DNA of 17,782 nt. Origin: Bugula neritina (taxonomy: Eukaryota; Animalia; Bryozoa). The notes beneath the pieces are model-generated. The model searched no databases, was not told the origin of the DNA, and was given only the letters and a program-made list of their open reading frames with translations. Each line of letters starts with the position of its first letter. Positions within the stretch are counted from its first letter, which is position 1. The stretch covers positions 1 through 17,782 of the forward strand of contig CAXIUT010000104.1 of NCBI GenBank assembly GCA_964035545.1, read 5' to 3'. Position numbers and translations under genes: made by a program. Below are positions 1-8,668 of the stretch, one piece after another.

Positions 1-50
1 TACATATAATATTTTGCTTCTGTATTTAACTAAATAAAACATGTTTTAAT

Positions 51-144
51 TTATGATAGCGTGTGTAACACTACAGACCGTTTCCGTCTAATTTCTACAA
101 CTTGTTCAGCTGGTAGAGATACAATGTTATACATATTACTATAG
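51..144 (-). CDS. Putative terminal coding exon of host gene (..NYSNMYNIVSLPAEQVVEIRRKRSVVLHTLS*)
   Basis: AG acceptor at 145-146, with an in-frame alternative at 139-140. Phase 2 matches the donor of the 273-513 exon. Frame is open to TAA at 51-53. Confidence 0.55.
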
Positions 145-272
145 CTTTATATAGTGCATGATAAGATCATGAGTAAGAATATACTTCAGCATTGACTCAG
201 ACACATCGTGGGTGATAATTACCACAACTAAACTCATTTGACATTTACACAGCTATCATAATAGACACTCAC

Positions 273-513
273 TTGTCTAGACTTGCTCTGTCAGTCAGGT
301 TAGAAACTCGTAGACGCAGGGTTTTACCAGCAATCTTTCCAATGCTGTTTGGAATATTCCCTCTCAGTTTAAGCTCTGTGATATGATAACTCCCAACTTC
401 ATGTTTCACCTCAGCAGCAGTATATGATTTGGTATTAGCATACAGAGCATACTGTACATCTGACCAGTCTACAGGAGGCTGACCAGAATGTCTGAACCAG
501 ATTTCCATCTTCT
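273..513 (-). CDS. Internal coding exon of host gene (EKMEIWFRHSGQ...TDRASLD); possibly a divergent FN3-like C-terminal domain as in CLCA-type proteins
   Basis: Acceptor tgttacAG (514-515) and donor GTGAGT (267-272). 241 nt, open, phase 1 in and phase 2 out. Covers ORF 269..508. The family assignment is only a weak by-eye motif resemblance. Confidence 0.7.
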
Positions 514-1313
514 CTGTAACATCATACAGTGACAGTGTGATTATTACACAGTGCTAGCAGGAAGTTTCTATCATGCTGTCACAATATCTATATATATATA
601 TCATTTGCTGTGTCAGTCACCATAGCTATATATGGACATGACTTTAGGTTTATAAAAGTAAAATCTGCAATCTTAAAATGATCTCTAATTTCCTGAAAAC
701 AACTGCTTTGTGTAGAATCGTTGAAATTATGCTGCTTAGGTTTCAATAAAGATCGTTTTAAATAATGTTGACATATATTCAACATTGTATAAATATTTTA
801 AAACATTTTAAAATGATTTGAATTTAAAGCAGCCAAAAAAGCACTGAATTGTTATTTCATATCCATGCATGCACAAAAAAAGTACAAATAGCAACATCAA
901 GTTAAAACTTTTTATATCTGACACTGCATACTTCCTACCCTATGAGTCACAGTCAATATTTACAGGAAGATTATAGAAATATATGGACCACTATATATTT
1001 AGAACACTTGAACACTTTCTGATAGTGAGATATATATAAGAACTTGTTTTTTTAATGTTACTCATATTTCTACTATGGAAACACATTTACCACTAAAGAG
1101 GTTTTTTGAAAACTCTTGTTTCAATAGGTAAAACATTTACTAGTTTTGCTAAAATGAGATTCATACCCATGCAGAGCTGGCTTTGTTCAAACCTATAGTC
1201 AAATGAATGCTAAGTATTGTCTAAATACAAATAGTAACAACCAGTAGATAACTTTTATTGAAAGCAAAACTTGTAACTTGGCTTTTCATCAGAAAGTTAT
1301 CAAAATAACTCAC

Positions 1314-1390
1314 CATCTGTTGCCATGGTTACTAAAGTTTTTACTGCTGATTCATTTCAATTCTGTAAATCTGAAGGTTGGTAGCTCCAC
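1314..1390 (-). pseudogene. Exon with a single in-frame TGA (WSYQPSDLQN*NESAVKTLVTMATD)
   Basis: Acceptor tacAG (1391-1392) and donor GTGAGT (1308-1313). Phase 2 in and phase 1 out fit both neighbouring exons. TGA at 1357-1359; the other two frames are also closed. Confidence 0.55.
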
Positions 1391-1532
1391 CTGTACAACA
1401 GGTATAAAATAAAAAGTAATATATAAATCATTGCTACATAGAATATACCAATATAGATGCCGATTTCTATGAGGAGTAGATGTATAATCAGTCAAGATAA
1501 ATAAACTTAGGTAAACTATAAGTATATTTTGA

Positions 1533-1760
1533 TATGTAGGTATTTAGGTATGTAAGAAGTTAGGTATGTAATAGGTCTATAGGTATGTATGTATTTATGT
1601 ATGTATGTATGTATTTATGTATGTATCTATTCATGTATGTAGGTATTTAGGTGTGTAGGTACTTAAGTATGCAGGTATGTGGGTATATAGGTATATGTAT
1701 ATATTTAGGTATGTAGGTATTTAGGTAAGTAGGTATTTAGGTGTCTGGGTGGGTATGTAA
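1533..1760. repeat. Degenerate tetranucleotide microsatellite (GTAT/GTAG/TTAG)n
   Basis: Visible 4-bp periodicity, e.g. gtatgtatgtatttatgtatgtatg and gtaggtatttaggtatgtaggt. Confidence 0.9.
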
Positions 1761-1807
1761 GTCTGCAGACCCTTACTAACACAGTATACAGCTGTCTACT
1801 CGGTTAC

Positions 1808-1900
1808 CTGAGTTGTAGGAGGGAAGTAGGTAACTCATCTGGCTGGACTGTGTGACAGCAGATATGACTTTGAATCAATACTCTGTATTTCTCTGTCTCA
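1808..1900 (-). CDS. Putative internal coding exon (ETEKYRVLIQSHICCHTVQPDELPTSLLQL)
   Basis: Acceptor ttgcAG (1901-1902) and donor CAG|GTAACC (1802-1807). 93 nt, one open frame, phase 2/2. Confidence 0.55.
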
Positions 1901-2132
1901 CTGCAATATGAATAATTTACAAATTGTACTGAAGTCTTAAAATGAGTGTAATAGAGATTTACATAATCTAGTCCTCTATAATTACTTTATATAATATTAT
2001 ATGCTCAACTAACTTGAAAAAATCTGCAGGCCTAAAAAATGATACATTGGCTGTGATATTATTTGTAGCTGCCATTATTATGCATTTTAAATAATAAACT
2101 ATTTAATAGTCAACAGTTAGTTATATACCTAT

Positions 2133-2818
2133 TGTAATGATTTGGTGGATTTCGGACAATTAAGTAGAAAACATAACTCTTTGTATTATAGAGAAGAGAG
2201 TGTCTTGAAATGTGTAGAAATAACTTTATTGTAGATAGCCATCTGTAAGAGTTGTATATATCCAGCGAGCTCCAGCTGTAGACTGACTCTACACTGCGAG
2301 CTTGCATACTTATATACACAGGAAACAATCCTTCCAAAAGATTCTACCAATTTTCAACCAAAAATAGGTCATGTCAAGTGTGCCGGAGTCTCCGATAGGA
2401 TGCCGACACTTCGACATGACCAATATCGGTCACGTCGGACAAGTCGGAGCTTTGGCATGCCTGATCTCAGACGAAGAGCGGTTAACAGCATACAAATTTA
2501 AAATTGAAAAAAAGTATGAAAATGTTGTTGCAGTTAGGCTAAATAATAGTAAAGTTAAAGAAAACTCCAAAAGCTTCCCGACTCACCCTCTATCGAAAAG
2601 TATCTCTTTTTGATAACTAGCAAAAATGACACACAGTGAAATGAAATGTATACAATAAAATATAATAAAATAACTAAAGTATATACACGCAAAATGCAAA
2701 GAAGTGAAGTCACACATAAATGTATAATAAAATAAAACCAAATACACAAGCTACCACCAGATTAAATAACAAATTAGGTGAGAATGTTGTTCATACATAT
2801 ATACAATAGTACATAGTA
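2133..2818 (-). repeat. 3' LTR of the Gypsy element (outer boundaries approximate)
   Basis: 2190-2472 aligns with 6975-7269. Minus-strand TATATAAG (2309-2316) precedes AATAAA (2225-2230). Ends ..CATTACA at 2133. A purine tract lies just upstream of 2818. Confidence 0.7.
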
Positions 2819-2824
2819 TTGTCG

Positions 2825-2833
2825 CCTCTCTCC
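2825..2833 (-). promoter_or_regulatory. Candidate polypurine tract (GGAGAGAGG)
   Basis: Purine run on the element sense strand, at the switch from GC-richer internal sequence to the AT-rich LTR. Confidence 0.45.
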
Positions 2834-3019
2834 ATCGGCCGTATAAGCTGAGACACTTTGTCTACATGGGGGGCTACATCTGCTGTCAGGGTAGCTTGAT
2901 GTTTTTTGACTTCTTCCTCTGTGTTGTTGTTGTTTGCTCGGGCACTAGACTGCCGTTCACCTGAGGCAGAGTAGAGGTTGCCCGGCAGGCTAGAAACCCA
3001 AGAGCAAAAGCTACCTGTT

Positions 3020-3255
3020 TGTGGGGTTCCCCACATGTGGCAAGATTAGGTTGCAGAAGTCAAGGAATATATGGCTTCATCAACCACAAACACCTTTCCC
3101 GTGTGGCAACAGGCTATGTGCTGGTGGACAGTATGTATTTCTGTTGGTAGGAATACTCACCAGATGGGCAAAATACATTGGTGAAATGCTGAGGGATCAC
3201 AGGCAGTATAAATCTTCGGTGGATGGAAAACCTCTTCCTACACTACTCACAACAC
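3020..3255 (-). pseudogene. Post-integrase extra coding remnant with C2H2 zinc-finger-like motifs
   Basis: Manual translation CE*CRKRFSIHRRFILPVIPQH-FTNVFCPSGEYSYQQKYIL, then after frameshifts HQHIACCHTG..VFVVDEA..DFCNLILPHVGNP. Confidence 0.5.
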
Positions 3256-3789
3256 ATTTAGCAAATCCGGAATTGTGCCTCGCTGGTTGGCTAGTGCTTC
3301 TGCAAGGTAAGAGTCCTGGGTAGCCACAATAGCTACAATACTTGACTGTTCACCTCTTCACCATCAGGTTCCTCAGTGCTAATTATCTCACCGCCCAGCA
3401 TGGTCTGTTCCTCTCCCGCAAGCCGTTGTAGGTCTACTGGGTGAGGGACTGACTCATCTGGGACGACGGGAAAGGCTGTAACTATCCGGGGAGACTTCTT
3501 TGAGCTGCTATTTCCATACATAGTTCTCGCAAGATTGGTGAGAGTCAATACAACTCTGACTGGCCTCCTCGCAATTTATATTGGACTCTAAGACAGACAG
3601 CAGAGGCCGATTGTTGTCGATCTCATTGTCATAGAAATTTGGCATTTGTTTGTATTGAGTTTTCATACACAGGTAGCTCAGGCATACCTAGGAAAGGCAT
3701 CAACTCTACCTCCTGATTTACAAGGCAACCATAAAGAAACTCTTCTTCCAGTTCTACCTTAGCATTCTCACAATCCAGGTGCCCAACAT

Positions 3790-4990
3790 GGTAGTCAGCC
3801 AGATACCCAGCGATCTCCTATTTCATTGGCATCTGTCCAGGCCTACAGGTAGTGATGAAGCTTGTTGTTGTGCAGATTCTACAAGTGGAGTGGTCCTGCC
3901 CTTGCCTACCCCAAGAGTAGAGACGGCCTTTATCCTGGAGCCTTTGGGGCAAGCCCAGAGCTGACTAGGCCGGGGTTTAGATTAAGGTGCGATTCTGACC
4001 CATAGTCTGGCTTAGGGAGCTAAGATTTATATCTCCCATTTCTTGGGTTGAGCTATTCTGTCATCTTATAATAAGCCAACGAGTTGACTCTAGTAGTGGA
4101 AGTCCCTGCTCCGCAGCAATGGGGCTGGCCCGGTATGGCTTCAGTCGCAGCTCACTTTGGACTGATATTTTTCCAGAGCGCTCCACTCAATAAATGTGGT
4201 TGGGAAAGACATCCAGCACACAGTAAGGTCAAACGAACTTGAGCTGAAGCTTATCTGACTGTCCACAACACCTAGGATAACTGATCAATCAAACCTCGTT
4301 CCCTACTCGTTATGAAGTCACCCACCTGTTACGGAGGAGAAGGCCTCCAAGTCTCCTATCGGCACCTTCTATTGTTTGTTCTGCCAAACTTCATGGGCTG
4401 TACTTATCTTCTCTATCAGTTTCTCCATATACGCATGTAGTAGGTACTTGAGCACTGGAACATGGTATATCAGGTGCGCGGGAACCCTGGTCTCTCTGGC
4501 AAGCATCAACAAGTTCAGGGGCTTCTGTGTGCTAAAGTGGGACATGCTGCGGTAGGCCCACATGATTTGTGGCAGCACCACATTCCATCCTTTTGACTCC
4601 TGCTTAAAGTTGGGCTCCTGAGGGCATAACACAAAATCCTGTTGAGTTCCACAATTTTGTTCACTTGCAGATGATATGAAGTTTTTCAGCACTAGTTTAC
4701 CCCCTATAGCTGGCAGAGGTAACCCATTAGTTGGGTCTGAAACAGGGTACCCTGGTCTGTATGAATCTTTTCTGGTAACCTAAAATAACAAAACACATGA
4801 AGGTCCAGAGCCTGAGCCATTGTGGGGGCTGACGTTTCTGGAATAGCCTGTGCGTCTGCCCACTGGCTGAAGTGGTCTGTGAGAACCAGTACCCAGGTGT
4901 TATCTCTGTCAGAAAACAGCATAGGACCGACTAAGTTTACCCCCAATTTTTCCACAGTCGACAGGCATACAGCTGCGTTAACTAATGTAG
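3790..4990 (-). pseudogene. pol: Gypsy integrase core, GPY/F region and C-terminal tail (inactivated)
   Basis: LGVNLVGP..WVLVLTDHFSQWADAQAIP..FCYFRLPEKIHTDQG; SYHLQVNKIVE; WNVVLPQIMWAYRS..LLMLARE; KLQLKFV*PY at ~4223-4252; GYLADY at ~3791-3808. The first catalytic Asp reads Asn. Confidence 0.95.
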
Positions 4991-5089
4991 CCAACTGAGG
5001 ACCTGCTCCATGAGTCGTTGGAAAGTTGCCGGGGCAGCCAATTATCCACATGACAGTACTCTCCAGTTTCATAGCATTTCAATCATGGG

Positions 5090-5620
5090 CGATGCATGCT
5101 GCCTGTTGCTTAGGGTCAGAACAGAGGGGTACTTGCCCGCACCCACTCAGCAAAACAAAGTATTCAAGTATGTGGTTCCTGCAAGGTATCCAAAAACTCA
5201 TCTATCCGATAGAGAGGGTTAAAATCCTGGATGTTGACACTGTTGGAGGCTGCGGTAGTTTAGGCAGAACCTCTAACTGCCACCCTTCTTTTTGACTAAG
5301 GCTACTGGTGAGCTCTACGCAGTATGGGCTGACTCAATCAGGTGCCGGTCAAAGAGCTTTAGTGCCTGTCGACTCACCTCCTTCTGCTTGCACTGTCGTT
5401 AAGTTGGCTGTTTTATGAGCACATTGTTGGCTGCCAAAGAAATCTTGTGGCAGATGATTTTGTTCAACCCTGTGTCATTGCCTCCACAGTTGAATATGCT
5501 ACTGTACTCCAGGAGTAGTTCAGCCGGTTCTTGGCACTCCGAGCAATTCCTACAGCTTCCACAGGGTCGTTCATACAAGTAAGCAACATACTCCGGGATT
5601 GCTCCCTGTCTGATCCCTGG
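5090..5620 (-). pseudogene. pol: Reverse transcriptase N-terminal part only
   Basis: LLEYSSIF..DTG...ICHKI..IKQP..KEVSRQALKLFDRHLIESAHTA*SSPVALVKKKGGS*RFCLNYRSL..QDFNPLYRIDEFLDT/AGTTYLNTL..LSGCGQVPL matches the Gypsy RT start (WSSPVVLVxKKDGxxRFCxDYRxLN..PLPRID). No YxDD motif follows. Confidence 0.92.
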
Positions 5621-5949
5621 GCGCTGGTCACTTTCTCTGACGCCAGCCCCACATCGGCTTCTTGGAAAAAATAGTACTTCCCCACAAAGGCACTAGTCAG
5701 CAGTTTGATTGGCTTTGTGAAAGGGTTGATGCTTTGCCCGAGAAGCTTCCCGACAACAGTCTAGCCGATTCAGTTTGTTTGTCAGTTGAATCTTCCTACG
5801 CATCCCTTCCACCACTTCAAACTCCGTAATCATCCTCCAGTTGACCGTATGGTACCGTGCAGTCCTGTACTACCCGAGTTCTGCTCACCAAAAGCCTGCC
5901 AATTTTTTTGACAAAGATAAGTTTAGAAATCCATGTGACACTGGTGTTT

Positions 5950-6250
5950 TTTAGAAATGGAATGCCCAAGATGGCATCCTCCTTCAAGTAATTGAAGATG
6001 AAAGTCTTGTAGATCACCTGATCATAGACTGGTGCAGGTAGTGTAATGATGCCGTAGAACGGAATGCCTGACCAGCCCACCTATGTCACTATGTGCACCT
6101 ACATATGGCTCAATGCTAGCCCTCTCTCAAGCACCAAGAGTGTCAAAGAGATGCCAACTCAACATTTTTATGGTGGACCTAGTATCTAGTAGGAAGGACA
6201 GCGGCTTTACCTGCAATCCTATGGAGTAGGAAGTAGCTGCCACCGTACGG
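5950..6250 (-). pseudogene. pol: Retropepsin (aspartic protease) remnant
   Basis: PLSFLLDTRST (DTG motif mutated) at ~6172-6204; C-terminal GIPFYGIITL...EDAILGIPFL in ORF 5817..6080. Confidence 0.88.
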
Positions 6251-6559
6251 TTGAGTGCTCCTGAAGCAGTCAGTGTCTGGCAGAGACACTTCTTGAGTCC
6301 TTACGGCGGGCCTCTTCTTTGACTTCACGACATTGGAGGCTTTCCGAGGTTTAGAGCGTAGCTTGGAATTCTTTTCCGCAACTTTGTCGGGTAACTCCGA
6401 GAACCAGTTGCTGAGTGGCTAGGCAGAAGGTTCCGGTAGATTTTGCGTTCTTCTAGATCTTTTTAGTGTGTGCCATCCTCAGTCAAGAGATCCAATCCTA
6501 GTGTTGAGTGACCAGACAGGAAGTTTGTGCACACCTCTCAGCCCCCGAGATCTTTGAGG

Positions 6560-6970
6560 TGTCTGCCATTTGGTGTCAACAGGCTCCATTGGCATCCTTC
6601 TAACTGAGGCTGACTCTGGACCCACAGTTGGCGGAAGTTACCGCAGGTATCCGGTGTTTAGAAGCACCTTCTTTCACTGTTGGGCATTCTCACTGTGAGC
6701 TATCAATGACAACTTTTTATCTAATAAACGTAATTCTGAAGAGATATCCTACGGTCTCTCCTGAGACTCTGCAGTTTTTCTCTAGCGTCACGAGCGTTCA
6801 TACCAAATCAAGTTCCTAAGGCCCAAAAGATGTACGTGACCCACGCCGGGATCTAGGCTATAATACTTGGGCTAGTCCGTTAAGTGGGTCCGGAGCTAGA
6901 GAGGTCACTATTTGGCAATTGCTGCAACATCCTTGAAATCATTAATAAACTGCTTAAGATGCTCTCTTCA
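6560..6970 (-). pseudogene. gag: gag remnant of Gypsy element 1
   Basis: LKQFINDFKDVAAIAK*..LRTHLT...IFWALGT*FGMNARDARE/KLQSLRRDRRISLQ. It lies upstream of the protease and is homologous to the peptide encoded at 10580-10990. Confidence 0.75.
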
Positions 6971-6974
6971 AAAG

Positions 6975-7269
6975 AGAGAAGAGCGTATCTTGAAATGTGT
7001 AGTAATAATTTTATTTAGATAGCAGTTTCCGAGAGTTGTTTTTGTCTGGCGAGCTCCGGCCATTGAATGGCTCTACACTGCGAGATCGTCTCTCTATATA
7101 CTCTGAAAACATTTCTTCCAGAAGACTCTATCGACCTTTGACCAAAAATTGATCATGTCAGAGTCTCCAATCGGATGCCCGACACTACGACATGACTAAA
7201 ATTGGTCCTGTCGGACGTGACCCAGCTCCGACTCAATTGTCCAACACTCTGACATGCCTGATCTCAGAC
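6975..7269 (-). repeat. Partial 5' LTR
   Basis: Direct repeat of 2190-2472, sharing tcttgaaatgtgtag, ctctacactgcgag, cgacatgac and catgcctgatctcagac. Minus-strand TATATA (7095-7100) and AATAAA (7010-7015) are conserved. Confidence 0.85.
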
Positions 7270-7384
7270 AAAAACTCTTTTTAGCAAAGAATATGCCCAA
7301 TCTTGGACAAAGGTGGTTTCTTTTAGCATAAAAAACATAAGAGAAGAAAAAAAGAACATAATTGCGCTAGGTTAAATAATAGTA

Positions 7385-7776
7385 CAGTAATATACTGAAA
7401 TATTGTAATAAGTTGTAATATACTGATCCATACTGTAATATACTGATACATACTTTAATACACTGTAACATACTGTAACACACTGTAATATACTAAAAAA
7501 TACTGCAATGCAGCATAATACACTGCAATATACGACAATATAATGTAGTACACTGCAACAAATTGTCAGACATTGTAATATCCTGCTTAATTTTTTGTAA
7601 GAAACTGTAAGACATGGCAATACAATGTAATAAACTGTAATATATAGTGTAATACACTATAATAAACTGTAATTAACTGTGATAAACTGTAATAAACAAT
7701 AATAAACTGTAATATACTGAAATATACAATAATACATTGTTATACACTGCAATACACTGTAATATACTGTAATACA
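7385..7776. repeat. Degenerate 11-bp minisatellite, consensus ~ACTGTAATATA/ACTGTAATACA
   Basis: Dozens of imperfect tandem copies of (a/c)actgtaata(t/c/a)a. Confidence 0.92.
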
Positions 7777-7977
7777 TTTTACTAGACAACTCCAAAACTC
7801 CTCAAACTATGCACTTATTCTAATCATATTCCCCAGAACCATTAGAATCAGTGGCCATGCCCGCTCAGCTACACATGATGCATTTATAGATGTTTATATA
7901 AACATAAACATAGACAATAAATAAACAGAGACTTGTAGTCTGTATCTCCTACTCTGTAGTACTGATTAGAGACTTAC

Positions 7978-8089
7978 CTAGTTTTACTATTTCTACTCTC
8001 AATATATATTTACTGCCGAGGAGAGATGATTACTAGAAGAAGGTTTAGAGTGATGACAGTGAGACAGTGAGGTGAAGATTCCTACACAG
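7978..8089 (-). pseudogene. Possible decayed exon
   Basis: Perfect AG|GTAAGT donor (7972-7977) and tattttattAG acceptor (8090-8091), but all three frames contain stops. Confidence 0.25.
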
Positions 8090-8125
8090 CTAATAAAATA
8101 CCTGTATCCTCTAGTCACCTGAACC

Positions 8126-8184
8126 AGTGTAAGCTAGACTATTGGTGTAAGCTAGACTATCAGTGCAAGGTGGACTATTAGTGC
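8126..8184. repeat. 18-bp tandem repeat, ~3.3 copies (agtgtaagctagactatt)
   Basis: Units start at 8126, 8144 and 8162. Confidence 0.85.
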
Positions 8185-8539
8185 TAATTATTTATGGTGA
8201 TTATCAGCCAAGTAAGGAGTTGAATAAAGAGTTGAGATAAATTAAAGCGCGCATACCCAGAGATCCAACAGTTGAAGTCTGAACCATCAAGTTACACATA
8301 TTTTTTTACATTCAAGCACATACAATCAACTATAAAAATAATATTTATCTCTGTGAGAAGCAAATCATAAAAACAAAAGCAGTCAAAACAAGTAATGGAT
8401 GAGCCAAGTAATATAGCATCTTATTATATGACTATAGCACAGCCATAATCATATAAAAAAACTCACACGAGTTTATAGTCACCATCAATGTAGGAAAACT
8501 ACTGATCGAAGAGCTTTTGTAAAAAACGGCTAAATGCTT

Positions 8540-8668
8540 ATTTGGATGGGCACTGGAGCAATTACTACTGAATGCACTTCCTAACATCACTAATGCTCTT
8601 TGATGGGTTCAAACCCATGACCTTCGTGCTTACTAGGCAAACGCTCTAACCCCTAGACCATGCAGAGC
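8540..8668 (-). mobile_element. tRNA-Thr(AGT)-derived SINE-like element or tRNA pseudogene (tRNA part 8594-8668)
   Basis: Minus strand reads GCTCTGCA TGGTCTAGGGGTTAGAGC G TTTGC CTAGTAA GCACG AAGGTC ATGGG TTTGAA CCCAT CAAAGAGC A. It has an A box, an AGT anticodon loop (8632-8634) and a paired T stem, but a mutated B box (TTTGAA) and mismatched stems. No oligo-T terminator follows directly. Confidence 0.75.

Larger units (their letters stand above)
2133..7290 (-). mobile_element. Decayed, internally deleted Ty3/Gypsy LTR retrotransposon
   Basis: Direct repeats at 2190-2472 and 6975-7269 flank remnants in the Gypsy order gag-PR-RT-IN on the minus strand, with many stops and frameshifts. No TSD could be identified. 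Confidence 0.92.

Noticed and set aside
2835-3790. env gene or chromodomain downstream of integrase
   Set aside because: No signal peptide, TM segment, furin/fusion motif or chromodomain aromatic pattern is visible in the frames I translated.
5520-5580. Cys cluster RPCGSCRNCSEC as a Zn-knuckle or Fe-S motif
   Set aside because: It sits in frame in the PR-RT linker just before the RT start of a heavily mutated pol and does not fit CCHC spacing.
6895-6912. Possible tRNA-Trp primer-binding site (minus strand tagtgacctc)
   Set aside because: The match is weak and the sequence lies inside gag-like coding sequence (DVAAIAK*), ~65 bp from the LTR homology.
7372-7620. 82-aa Cys/Tyr/Val-rich ORF
   Set aside because: It is a translation of the 11-bp minisatellite.
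8126-8184. CRISPR-like array (also considered for 13938-13997)
   Set aside because: The units are head-to-tail with no unique spacers, there are no cas genes, and the context is eukaryotic.
8594-8668. Functional tRNA-Thr(AGT) gene
   Set aside because: T-loop is TTTGAA instead of TTCGAA, the acceptor and anticodon stems are mismatched, and there is no adjacent Pol III terminator.
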